Source of the DNA: the human T2T-CHM13v2.0 reference genome, Homo sapiens
Length of the DNA stretch: 64,000 bases
Strand: one strand, 5' to 3'
Assembly: GCF_009914755.1 (NCBI RefSeq)
Contig: NC_060928.1
Shown one piece after another: positions 14,040-25,815 of this stretch (within the stretch, counting starts at the first letter, position 1; each line of letters starts with the position of its first letter). Both the position numbers and the translations under genes were made by a program. The notes beneath the pieces are model-generated. The model searched no databases. It was not told the origin of the DNA and saw only the letters and a list, made by a program, of their open reading frames with translations.

Positions 14040-14240
14040 GCCTACTAACCTAGGTGCTTTAAGCATATGATCTTATTTAATTCCCACAACAACCATGCAA
14101 AGTAGGAATTAGCCTTATTATATAGGAGAGAAAAGTGAAGTTCAAAGAGAAATGAATTTTGCCAAAATAACACACTTAAGAAGGGGGGCAGTCAGAATTT
14201 GAACTTAGGACCAGCTGACTCCAAAGATACCATTGCTGTA
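14040..14240. mobile_element. MIR fragment
   Basis: atttaattcccacaacaaccatgcaaagtagg...agaatttgaacttagg...ctgactccaaag. Confidence 0.6.
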
Positions 14241-15875
14241 TTCCCATTGTCATTTGTCCTCATTATTTTTTAGTGCCAAATCTTTGAGAACACAGCCCCC
14301 AATGCATATTTCCCATTGTGTCATTTATGTTTTCCCCTTTAAATTACATTGTATCATAAATTAGAGACTTTAAAAATTGGTCTAAATTCACTTCCAGTGC
14401 CTATGGGAGGGAAATAAGGGTCAGACCTCTCTGCAAATGATGTGTGGAGGCAGTCAAGAGGAAATCAGTGGGTTGGATGAACAAGCTTCTGCAGGGTCCC
14501 CTGAGGATGAAGATGAACCAAAAGCAGCAACCAAAACTTGGAGTATAGGGCTAGAGTGTGTTTGGTGAGGCCAGGTTGGATCCAGAAAACTAGACTCCTC
14601 CCATGAACTTTTCACAGTATTCCACAGCATTTCACAGACACACAGTGGGGGCCGACGGCTCCAATGGAGCCAGTGTCAGTCCTAAGGAACTTCAAGGAGG
14701 ATATGTAAACATATAGATTTTTTTGGTCCAAATATTTATTGCAATTCTCTTGATTTTTAAAATTGTATACTTTATATCCAAGAAAATAAAAAATAATTTA
14801 AACAGCAATCTCTAGTTTTCCTCCTAAATGTCATCTTTCAAATACAAATCTTGTATGTTTTTATACAGTATAAATATTTTCAAATAAAGGGTGGTTGGCC
14901 ATGTATCTTTTCCACCTTCGATAATAGGTGGAAGGTGTAGTAAATGTAATTTTTAAAATTAAAGACTGAAGTTTATTTGGTATTTCAGAGCACCACCTGG
15001 TGGATTAATTAACGATAACAGTCCAAAACAAAAATGAATCTTAAAACTGGCTCCGAAATAAGAAGTATTGGAACCCTTATGAGGCTCACTTCTTCTATTC
15101 TTTTCCCTCTCCTTTAGTTCTCTTTTTCCCCTTCTCTCTCTCTTTCTCTCACTCTTTTCATTTCCTACCTAGTCATTTCCTCCCTCCTATTTTGTTTATA
15201 CCTTAGAACTTGTCCACATCATCTACTGGTATTGATGAGTCCTCAGAGTGGGTAAGGAGCTCACTTACTTATGCTTGGTTTAATAAGATCTACAAGGTCT
15301 CTAAATTTCAAGTAGAAAGGCAAATATAGAGTTGCAAAATTCAGTTGTCTTTCAGAGACTGAATCTTTTTACCTAAGGATGGGCCTGTATTTCCCCAAGG
15401 TGGAGTTTTTGTTTGTTTGTATGTCTGTTGTACACACAACATTCATTCCAATAGAACCCCTCTTTCCTATTTTATTTGTAAATAATGCCTAAAATTGACT
15501 AATTTTCAGTGTTTTTGCCTGTTGTTCTGAGTAAGCTACCCAATAGCTTTTGAAAGAGAGGCAAGCTGGTTTACTGCAACCTTCTTAAAGGTATCTGATC
15601 TCACATGACCCACATGTAATATGAATGAATGGAACAGGAAAGATATAAGACACTAGGGAGTGGGGAGACTGAGGACCTGGAGACCTCAAAGCTTGTCTAT
15701 GGGGGTACACATTATTCTGATCCAGCTGCTGCTTTTAGTTTTTTAAAGAGAAGCCAAAAACTTGATTTTTATTTTTATGAAGATCCTTAAGTATTTAAAT
15801 GTTAGCAAATTTTCAAAACATACCTGCAGACCAGAAATGGCGCATGGGCCAACCTCTGATTTAAAGTGGTGGGAA

Positions 15876-18445
15876 ACATCAAAAAAGCAATACACCATGA
15901 TCAAGTGGGTTTCATCCCAGGGATGCAGGGATGGTTTGACATATGCAAGTCAATAAATGTGGTACATCACATACGCAGAATTAAAAACAAAAACCATATT
16001 ATCATCTCAATAGACACAGGAAAAACAATAAAATCCAGCAGCCCATTATGAGAAAAATTCTCAACAAACTAGGCATAGAAGGGACTTAATTCAGAATAAT
16101 AAAAGCTATATATGACAAACCCACAGCCAACATCATACTGAATGGGGAAAAGTTGAAAGCATTCCACACTGAGAACTGGAACAAGACAAGATGCCCATTT
16201 TCACCACTTCTATTTAACACAGTACTAGAAGTCCTAGCCAGAGCAATCAGGCAAGAGAAAGAAATAAAGAATATCCAAATTGGAAAAGAGGGAGTCCAAC
16301 TATCACTGTTTGCCAATGATATACCTACAAAACCCTAAAGACTGCTCAAAAAGACTCCCAGATTTGATCAATGAATTTGGTAAAGTCTCAGGTTACAAAA
16401 TCAGTGTACACAAATCAGTAGCACTTCTATACACTAACAATAACCAAGCTGAGAATCAAATCAAGAACTCAAAATTAGCCAGGCATGGTGGTGCGTGCCT
16501 GTAATCCCAGTTATTCGGGAGGCTGAGGCAGGAGAATAGCTTGAACCCAGGAGGCAGAGGTTCAGTGAGCCGAGACTGCGCCACTGCACTCCAGCCTGGG
16601 TGACAGAGTGAGACTCCATCTCAAAAACAAAACAAAAAAACCAATAAACTCAATTCCTTTTACAACAGCTGCAAGAAAAGTAAAATACCTAGGAATATAC
16701 TTAGTCAAGGAGGTAAACAATCTCTACAAGGGGAACTACGAAACACTGCTGAACGAAATAACAGATGATACAAACAAATGGAAAAATATCCCATGCTCAT
16801 GGATTGGAATAATTAATGTTGTGAAAATCACCATACTGCCCAAAGCAATCTATAGATCTGATACAATTCCCATCAAATTACCAACATTATTTTTTCACAG
16901 AATTAGAGAAGACAATCCTAAAATTGATATGGAACCAAAAAAGAGCCCGCATACCCAAAGAAATCCTAAACAAAAAGAGCAAATCTGGAGGCATCTCATT
17001 ACCAGACTTCAAATTATACTCCAAGGCTACAGTTACCAAAACAACATAATAGTGGTATAAAAATAGGCACATAGGCCAATGGAACAGAATAGAGAACATA
17101 GAAATAAAGCCAAATACTTACAGCCAACTGATCTTCGACAAAGCAAACAAAAACATAAATTGGGGAAAGAATACCCTATTCAACAAATGGTGCTGGGGCA
17201 ATTGGCAAGCCACATGTAGAAGAATGAAACTGGATCCCCATTTCTCACCTTAAATAAAAATCAACTCAAGATGGATGAAAGACTTAATCTAAACCTGAAA
17301 CCATAAAAATTCTAGAAGATAACATTGGAAAAACTGTTTCGGGCATTGGTCTAGGCAAAGAATTCATGGCTAAAACCCCAAAAGTAAATGCAACAAAAAC
17401 AAAAATAAATAAATGGGATCTAATTAAACTAAAAAGCTTCTGCACAGTAAATGAAATAGTTATCAAAGGAAACAGATAACGCACAGAATGGGAGAAAATA
17501 TTGCAAGCTATGCATCTGACAAAGGACTTGTATCCATAACCTACAAGGAACTCAAAGAAATCAGCAAGAAAAAAATAATCTATCAAAAAGTGGGCAAATG
17601 ATATGAGTAGATATTTCTCAAAAGAAAAGGGGGTATACAAATGGCCAAGAAACATATGAAAAAGTACTTAACATCACTAATAATCAGGGAAATGCAAATT
17701 AAAACCACAATGAGATACCACCTTAATCCTGCAAGAATGGCCATTATTAAAAAGTCAAAAAACAATAGATGTTGGCATGGATGTGGTGAAAAGGGAATGC
17801 TTATACATGGCTGGTGGGAATGTAAATTAGTACAATCTCTATGGAAAACAGTGTGGAGATTCCTTAAAGAACTAAAAGTAGATCTACCATTCAATCCAGC
17901 AATCCCACTACTGAATATCTACCCAAAGGACAAGAAGTCATTATATGAAAGACACATGCATACATATGTTTATTACAGCACAATTCACAATTGCAAAGAT
18001 ACGAAACCAACCTAAGTGTCCATTGACTGATTAGTGGATGAAGAAAATATGGCATCTATATATACACCCACGGAATACTCTTCAGCCATAAAAAGGAACA
18101 AAATAATGTCTTTTGCAGCAACTATTAATCGTGCCTGTAATCCATTTTTCTAAGTGAAGTAACTCAGTAATAGAAAACTAAATACCGTATGTTCTTGATT
18201 GTAAGTGGAAGATGAGCTGTGAGTATGCAAAGGCATACAAAGTGATGTAATGAACTTTGGATATAGTAGGAGGAGGGTGGGAGTGGAGTGAGGGATAAAG
18301 AAAAACTACACATGGGTACAATGTACACTACTTGGGTGACAAGCGCACTAAAATCTCAGAATTCACTACTACATAATTCATCCATGTAACCAAAAACCAC
18401 TTGGACCCCAAAAGTTATTGAAATAAAAATATATTTAAAAAATAA
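15876..18445 (+). mobile_element. L1PB-like LINE-1, about 2.5 kb (RT region to 3' end), inactivated
   Basis: ORF2 peptides [39 protein letters not shown] with frameshifts; TSD taaagtggt(g/a)ggaa at 15862-15875 and 18446-18459. Confidence 0.95.
16471..16640 (+). mobile_element. Alu right-arm fragment (5'-truncated) inserted in L1
   Basis: aaaattagccaggcatggtgg...gagtgagactccatctcaaaaac. Confidence 0.9.
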
Positions 18446-19069
18446 TAAAGTGGTAGGAATATAGACAACTCACTGGATGATACAACATGAGTAAAGAATA
18501 AGTCTGAGGATAAAATCCACTCTGTTCTCTGAACAAACGACTTTTATTATTCCCAAGGATCTCTATCGCCTCTCACACTCTGAATCCACATTATCTACCC
18601 CCATTCTTGACATAATCACATCACAGGATCATATAAAATTGAGATATCCTGGCAGTGACCTTTTATCCATGAGAATGACGTTTGTCTTGAAATAATCTGA
18701 GGTTCAGATTTTGGCTCCAATGAGAAGCTGCTGAGCAAAGCTAAGAAAAGCAGTTATAGAGTTTATAGGCTTCAGATGTGTACTGTCAGATTAATCCATA
18801 TTTAAGTTTAAAATGTGTAAGTTAAATATTTGGATTCTAATTTTGACCATTTATAAAACCTACTCATTTATACACCCTAGTGGGGCAACCAGAAGCACTT
18901 TACTGCTAACTGATTTAGGAAAGATGTTGATGGAATTAAGACAGTCAAAGAGAAAAAAATTAATTTCCTTACAGTTCTTTGGGAAACAGTACATGGGGTT
19001 TTGTTTGTTTCTACTTTTTGTTTGGCATGAAAAAAACTCATAGAGTGTGATGTTTTAGTAACAAATTTC

Positions 19070-19540
19070 ATGGCAAAAATGATTTGAAGGAGAGGAAGGA
19101 ATTAGGAATATTTTGTTATTATAAAGTACTTGCCATTAAGTGGTATAGTGTTGAGAGAGTGGGCTTGGATTACCTGCAAATGTACATTACAAACTCTAGG
19201 GCAACTACTAGAAACAAGTTTAAAAATATATAATTGACATGCTAAGAAAGGAGAGAAAATGGAATCATAACACACTCAATTAAAAACCACAAAAGGCAGA
19301 AAAAGTTTGGAGAACAAAAATAGAAACTAAGATCAAGGGCAACAAATAGGAAACTATAACAAATATGGTAGATATTAATGTAACTCTATCAATAACCAAC
19401 CTAAATGTCGATGGTCTAAATATAGCAATTAAAAGACAAAGATCGTCAGAGTGGATCAAAGATCAAGACCCAACTATACATTATCTACAAGAGACCCCCT
19501 TTAAATATAAAGACAGATATAGATTAAAAGTAAATGGGTA
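19070..19540 (+). mobile_element. Old L1M fragment (inter-ORF/endonuclease start), continued at 21665-22010
   Basis: atcaataaccaacctaaatgtcgatggtctaaatatagcaattaaaagacaaaga...acccaactatacattatctacaagagacc. Confidence 0.75.
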
Positions 19541-20729
19541 GGTGCTGGGATAATTGGCAGCCACATGTAGAAGAATGGAACTATATCCTCATCTCTCACT
19601 TATACAAAAATCAACTCAAGATGGATCAAAGACTTAAATCTAAGACCAGAAACCATAAAAATTCTAAAAGACAAAATCAGAAAAACTCTTCTAGACATTG
19701 GCCTAGGCAAAGAGTTCATGACTAAGAACCCAAAAGTAAATGCACCATAAACAAAGATAAATGTATGGGACTTAATTAAACCAAAAAGCTTCTGCACAGC
19801 AAAAGAAATAATCAGCAGAGTAAACAGACAACCCACGGAGTGGGAGAAAATCTTTGCAAACTCTACATCTGACAAAGGACTAATATCTAGAATCAAGGAA
19901 TTCAAACAAATCAGCAAGAAAAAACAAATAATCCCATCAAAAAGTAGGCTAAGGACATGAATAGACAATTCTCAAAAGAAGATATACAAATGGCCAACAA
20001 ACATGAAAAAATGATCAATATCACTAATGATCAGGGAAACACCAATTAAAACCACAGTGTGATACCACCTTACTCCTGCAAGAATGGGCATAATCAAAAA
20101 ATAAATAAAAATAGATGTTGGTGCGGATGTGGTAAAAAGGGAACACTTTTACACTGCTATTCTACTAAGAGTAGAACTACCATTTGACCCAGCAATCCCA
20201 CTACTGGGTGTCTACCCAGAGGAAAAGAAGTCATTATATGAAAAAGATACTTGTACATGCATGTTTATAGCAGCACAATTCACAATTGCAAAAATATGGA
20301 GCCAGCCTAAATGTCCATCAATCAATAAGTGGATTTTAAAAATCTGATATATATTCCACACACCATGGAAAACTACTCAGCCAAAAAAGGACGAAATAAT
20401 GGCATTTGCAGCAACCTGGATGGAGTTGGAGACCATTATTCTAAGTGAAGTAACTCAGGAATAGAAAACCAAACATTGTATGTTCTCACTTATAAGGGTA
20501 GCTAAGCTATGAGGAAGCAAAGGCATAAGAATGACATAATGGACATTGGGGACTTGGATGGGGAAGAGTGGGAGGGGGGTGAGGGATAAAAAACTACACA
20601 TTGGGTGCAGTGTATACTGCTTGGGTGATGGGTGCACCAAAATCTCTGAAATCACAGCTAAAGAACTTATCTATGTAACCAAATACCACCTGTTTCCACC
20701 AAATTATTGAAATAATAATAGCAAAAAAA
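19541..20729 (+). mobile_element. L1PB-like 5'-truncated LINE-1, the driver of an apparent 3' transduction
   Basis: ORF2 end and 3' UTR ending in an A-rich tail at about 20705-20729; left TSD copy at 19526-19540, right copy only at 21665-21679. Confidence 0.92.
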
Positions 20730-20946
20730 TACTTTCCCATTAGCTCCGTGAAGCATTTATCTTTGTATCTTATCTCTTGGTACAGTATTTGGCACAGACT
20801 CAGCATTTGGTGAATGCTTATTGAATGAGTGGAAGAATGAGTAGAAAAGCCACTTGTCTAATTCTGAGAGTTATCTGGTTGAGACCATAACATTTTGACA
20901 CAAATTGCAATTTCTTCATTTTTCTCTTCACTTTGCCCATCCACCC

Positions 20947-21546
20947 TGTAAGGAACATGGCTGTGCTTTAGTCAAGCATAAGCCGAGGTAAACATCCAAA
21001 GTGACTCAGCAAGTCTAGAGTGCAGATGCATAACTCCACTTGTTATCACAGCCATGTAGCCATAACATGGGAAGGCTCATCATTTGGCTCTAAGCCAGTA
21101 ATGTCTGTAAAAGGTATAACTGCCCTGCTGACACTGTACAGGCACTGGTGCCCAGAGAAAGAGAGGGAGTCAAAGTTGTCCGTTTTTCAGACAGACAGAG
21201 GGGAGCCAGGGCACAGCATGGCTTGGCTCGTGCCCAGAGAGAGAGAAAGAGTTAAGCTGCTGACCCCGAAGGCAGGGGAGAGCCAGCCACACAGCTGTGT
21301 GTGGGAGCCAGCTGCTGAGAGGAGCCGCAGGGCTGGAGCAGACAGCAGAGACAAAGCTCAGTGTGAGAGAGCTAGTGGGAGTAAGCTGCTGATGAGAGAG
21401 CTGCTGAATAAAACTACATTTCACCTGCTTACGGCCCCCCTGCGTGTTCTTTCAGCTACATGCCCATCTGCCTACTCCCCTCGAACCTCAGCATGGGCTG
21501 GAACCTGAACCCAAGCAGGGCATTTGGCATAGTGATGAACCTGACA
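20947..21546 (+). mobile_element. Solo LTR, LTR18-like (ERVL)
   Basis: TG...CA ends (tgtaaggaacatggctgtgc...aacctgaca), AATAAA at about 21407, AP-1 site TGACTCA at 21002-21008. Confidence 0.8.
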
Positions 21547-21664
21547 CACTATATCCCAGGAGGCACAAAACTGTGCAACCTCTCTACCCTTTCTCACTCC
21601 AGGAAGCATTTACCTGGAATTTAGTCTGGAGCCACAAACTCTAGAGCCCACCAAAAAAAAAAAA

Positions 21665-22010
21665 AAAAGTAAATGGGTAAAGAAAGACATACCATGCTAA
21701 GGGTAATCAAAAGAAAACAGGAGTAGCTATATTAACTTCAGACAACGCAGACTTCACAGCAAGGGAAATTGTCAGGAATAGAAGGGGATATTACATGATG
21801 ATAAATCGGTCAATAATCAAAGAAGACATAACAATCCTTAATGTGTATATGCCTAAAAAAGTGTCAAAATGTGAAGCGAAAATGGATAGAACCTCAAGGA
21901 AAAATATTTGTATCCGCTTATAGCTGGAGACTTTAGAAATGAACAGATCCAGCAGGCAGAAGAGTCAGGTTAAACTCAACTGTACCATTAATCAACTGGA
22001 AATAATTGAC
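21665..22010 (+). mobile_element. Old L1M endonuclease-region fragment (continuation of 19070-19540)
   Basis: aaaagtaaatgggtaaagaaagacataccatgctaa...ggagtagctatattaacttcagaca. Confidence 0.75.
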
Positions 22011-22291
22011 ATGTGCTCCACATTTTGAAATGTATTCACTAATTGGGTAATACATTTTTGTGGTGTGTCTCTCCTTTTAGACGTCTAACTTCTTACTGGC
22101 AAAAGTATTCTGCATTTCTCATTCTTTCCTTTCTCTGGGCCTTTATTCCTCATATAAAAGTCTAGGCTGTAAAAGGGAGGCATGAGCAGAAATGAGCTCT
22201 CAGAATACTGCTCTAACAAAACCAAACATAAAGGAAATAAAACATAAATTGAGCTGCTTTTAAGTTCTATGGCCCTCAGCTGCTTGGCTAT

Positions 22292-22603
22292 TGTAGCACT
22301 GGACCCCTATTAACTCCAACAGGGATGGCACCAGGTTCAAGAGGCCAAATAAAAGACCTGCAGCCAGTGAAGAAAAAATAGGGCTTATTTGGAGGAACTT
22401 ACAGGGTGGCCCAGTAGTGGTGGGCTGGACGAAAAGAACCACAACCGCTTATGAAATGCAAGCAATTTATATAGCATTTTTACTTAGCACTCTCCCCTTA
22501 GCAACCTCTTCATGGCAACCCTCATTTCTTAAGTGATTGCTGTCAGGTGTATCTGCCATACGGGGTATGTTTAAGTTATGCTTTCAGGTGCGTCTACCAT
22601 ACA
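22292..22603 (-). mobile_element. ERVL-type solo LTR (LTR47/MER54-like)
   Basis: Minus strand begins TGTATGGTAGACGCACCTGA; that motif is repeated internally; ggatggcaccaggttcaagaggcc at the other end. Confidence 0.6.
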
Positions 22604-23400
22604 GTGATGATTATCCTTGATTTTCAAAATGTTTCCATTACTTGTCTCATAGTCTAGTTCATTCATGCACTTATTCTTAGATAGAGTAATCTATGGCCAG
22701 TCTGATATCAGCCGTGGTAAATACATGACTCATATGTAAATTAAATACATGAAGATGTACTGACCACATCAAATGCGTTTGTGTCATGAAATTAACAGCG
22801 TTAAGAACACACATGTGCAGGTACGTGCACACATACACACAGTGCTCACAGATGCTACTAATTTCTGACAAGTGATTGCCCTGCCTGATTCAGTGATGCT
22901 CCAGGAATAGACCAAGCAGTAGGAAAGAATAGAAGACCCAGAAACAGATGCACTCATAGGGTTTATATAACAGTTTTAGTATTTTTAACCTGTGCTATTC
23001 ATTCAGTCATTTATTCATTCAACAACTATTTATTGAATATGTACTAAATGTCAGGCACTGTTCTAAGTATCCTGAATAAGAAAAAAATCAAAAACTATTT
23101 TTTATTTTGTTTAATCTATGGCAGCTCAATGAGAAAGGTACTAGGAAGTCCATTTTATCAATGGACAGGCATAAGTAAATTTACTTGACCAAATAAATAT
23201 AACCAACAAGTGGTAACCATGGGGTTCAGATTCTAGTCTATATGTCTTCAAAGCCTATGTGCTTTCACCACACCCTGTTGCCTTCCACCATAGAAAACAT
23301 TTAGAAGGGATTAGCCTGAATTTCAAATCAAAAATTTCAAATGACTCTGTCAATGACTTTCTTTTAAAACTGTTAAGAACTGTCCATGGTAAATGCACAC

Positions 23401-23465
23401 CTTAGAAAGCTGCATGTTTCTTGATATTGTTCTTGTGCTCTCTGTGCAAGAATACAGTAAAAATC
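23401..23465 (-). CDS. CNB-protein exon E (65 nt): DFYCILAQRAQEQYQETCSFL(R)
   Basis: Acceptor tttttacattgtcttctag|GAT; donor AG|gtgtgc. Supplies the expected (KE)DF..IL hinge helix and the linker to domain B. Confidence 0.85.
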
Positions 23466-23508
23466 CTAGAAGACAATGTAAAAATAATGAATCTCTCTTT
23501 CTCTCTGT

Positions 23509-23550
23509 ACACACACACACACACACACACACACAAGACTACACACACAC
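23509..23550. repeat. (CA)13 microsatellite plus (CA)5
   Basis: Read directly from the sequence. Confidence 0.95.
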
Positions 23551-24281
23551 ATAAACATATATGAAGCAACCTTGTAAAGTCATTCACCCTATTCTTCCCT
23601 GGCCAAGTCACATGATTTCAAAAAATCCCATATACCTCCCTTGGAATAAAAATTTGCTAGAAAAATTGTTCATCATTTATTTTGAGAAATAATTTTAATG
23701 GTGGTAATATTTTACATTAATATTACAAGATTAATAAATATTACTTAATAAATTAATTTCTTCTTACTTAAAAATAAATGCATGATAGTTTCAGGTAGCT
23801 TCAATTATTAAAAAATAGATCTTTAAAAATAAATAGGCTTTTTCCTAATTTCTAAATTGCATAATTTTCTTATAAAGTGGTGACATTAACGGCCCTTCAA
23901 ACAAGCTATTCTATTTCCTACGGTGTATTTTTCAACAAGTGATACTACATGAAAAGATACTGGAGTACAAACGTATACAATGATTTTTTAAAGACAATAG
24001 TCAGTTTTACCATATCCCCTAACACCAATATAAAACCAAACTTGTACAGTAAAGGTAAATACAACATAAAATAAATGCACTGTATTGCATTAACTGCACG
24101 CTGAGATGTGCATATGTCAGTTAAAGAGCAAACTCCAGTGAAAGACCAAAGCATAATATGTGGAAAAAAAGAAAAGATACAACAATGGGTTAAAAGGGCA
24201 GTTTTCTCCTCTGTTCAAACAGAAACCAAGGAGACTCTCCTTCTGGGGAGGGGGTGCTTTTCCTAGCTTAAGGCAAGTAAG

Positions 24282-25200
24282 TGATGGGAGGCTTCAAGAG
24301 AAACTCACAATGGAGCAGCATCACTTTGAGCTGCCTTTGCAAGAAGGATACCAATCTTTTGTTCCCTGACTGATTGCTTGCTGCAAGCCTATTAGGAGAT
24401 ACTGGTGGAGCAGAGTGTGGTGAATGAGATCTGAGGACAGCTTGACATCTGCCCCTGAAGTCTCTGGTCTTCTAGAGACTGGTGCCCACTTCTGGTCTAG
24501 ACTTTTCTTGAGCCAGGTGGTCTTCTGGTATAGCCTGTATCCAAAGGACATAAAGGGGTTGTGGCATCAAGTGCTGAGGGAGAAAATGGGCATCCCCCAA
24601 CCCTTTCAAGTTCTCTAAGTGCTCAGAGGGTGTGGAGGAGGACAACAGAGGTTCTTTCAGCTCCTTGTGGAGAAGCAGGTAAGTGAACAGAAGGGTGCGA
24701 GCCATGGGTTGCCTACTCAGTGAGATACCCAGCTCTCTGAGGGGTATCAGTGACAGGGCAAAGATTAGTGCTGCCAAAGGAAAGACCACATCAGGAGAAG
24801 AGGCCAAGGAAGGGTGCTTCCTTCATGAAACCTTTCACTCCTCTATACCTCACCTCTGCCTCTCCCCAAGGAAGAGTGAGCTAGTGTCTCAAGCGAGATC
24901 ACAACCCCTCTGGACTCAAAGCAGCCAGGACCACAGCTTCAGATTTCATTGGAAGGAAGAGAGAAGCCAAGAGGTAAGAAGCTATATTTAAGGACTGAAG
25001 TTTTGGATTGGACTAGATTAAGTTTTAATAACTGAAAATGATTGAATAATTATGGAATTGGGCCAGGATAATGTTAAGGGAGCCACTAACCAGCAAAAGA
25101 GTAGGAGTCAAGCCAGCACAACTAAAATCAGTTAAATAAATTAGATAAAACTATTTTGTGTTTGTCTTGATGACGTGAGACTCAACAAACTCCAGTTACA
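24282..25200 (+). mobile_element. Possible ancient LTR (ERVL/Gypsy-like)
   Basis: TG start and ...aaactccagttaca end, with composition like old mammalian LTRs; family not identified. Confidence 0.35.
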
Positions 25201-25513
25201 CCTACTAGACATTCATATAGAAACACATCAATTTGGGTATATAAATCTAGAGCCCAGAAGGAAGATCAGGAAAGGAAAGATAGATTTGGAAATGATGGTT
25301 ATAGAGACGGACCCTGCTGATGGTTAAAACCATGGGACTAGATAAGAACTTTAGAGACAGTGACAAGCCCTAGAACACTCCACAGTGACACATCAAGCAA
25401 GAGTGGAGTCAGCAAATCACAGTGGGAAGCGGGCCTTGAGAGAAGTGAAATACAGCATAATGTGTCCCAGAAGCAAGAGAAGAAAATGTTTTCTGAGGAA
25501 GAGAATAGACAAC

Positions 25514-25815
25514 TGTGATGGTATGTGGAGATGGCACCTTTGGAAGGTGATTTGGTCATCAGGGTGGAGCCCTCGCTATGGGATTAGTGCCCGTATCAAA
25601 GGACGCATCAGAGCTTGCCTCCTCTCTCTGGTCTCCACCTTGTGAGGACACAGTGAGAAGTTGCCATCTGTAAGCTAGGAAGCAGGCCCTCGCCAGAAAC
25701 CAATCAGCTGGTGCCTTGCTCTTGGACTTCCACTCTCCAAAACTGTGAGAAATAAGTTTTTGTTGTTTAAGCCATTCAGTCTATGGTATTATAGCAACCC
25801 AAATGGACTAAGACA
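25514..25815 (+). mobile_element. MLT1A-type MaLR LTR
   Basis: ggtcatcagggtggagccctc...gggattagtgccc...aactgtgagaaataagtttttgttgtttaagcca...ggactaagaca. Confidence 0.85.

Noticed and set aside
15866-18015. ORFs with RT/endonuclease-like peptides, also at 52.6-56.5 kb
   Set aside because: Broken LINE-1 ORF2 fragments with many stops and frameshifts; not active elements or host genes.
21020-21508. Longest ORF in the track (162 aa)
   Set aside because: Lies wholly within a solo LTR and has no protein motif.
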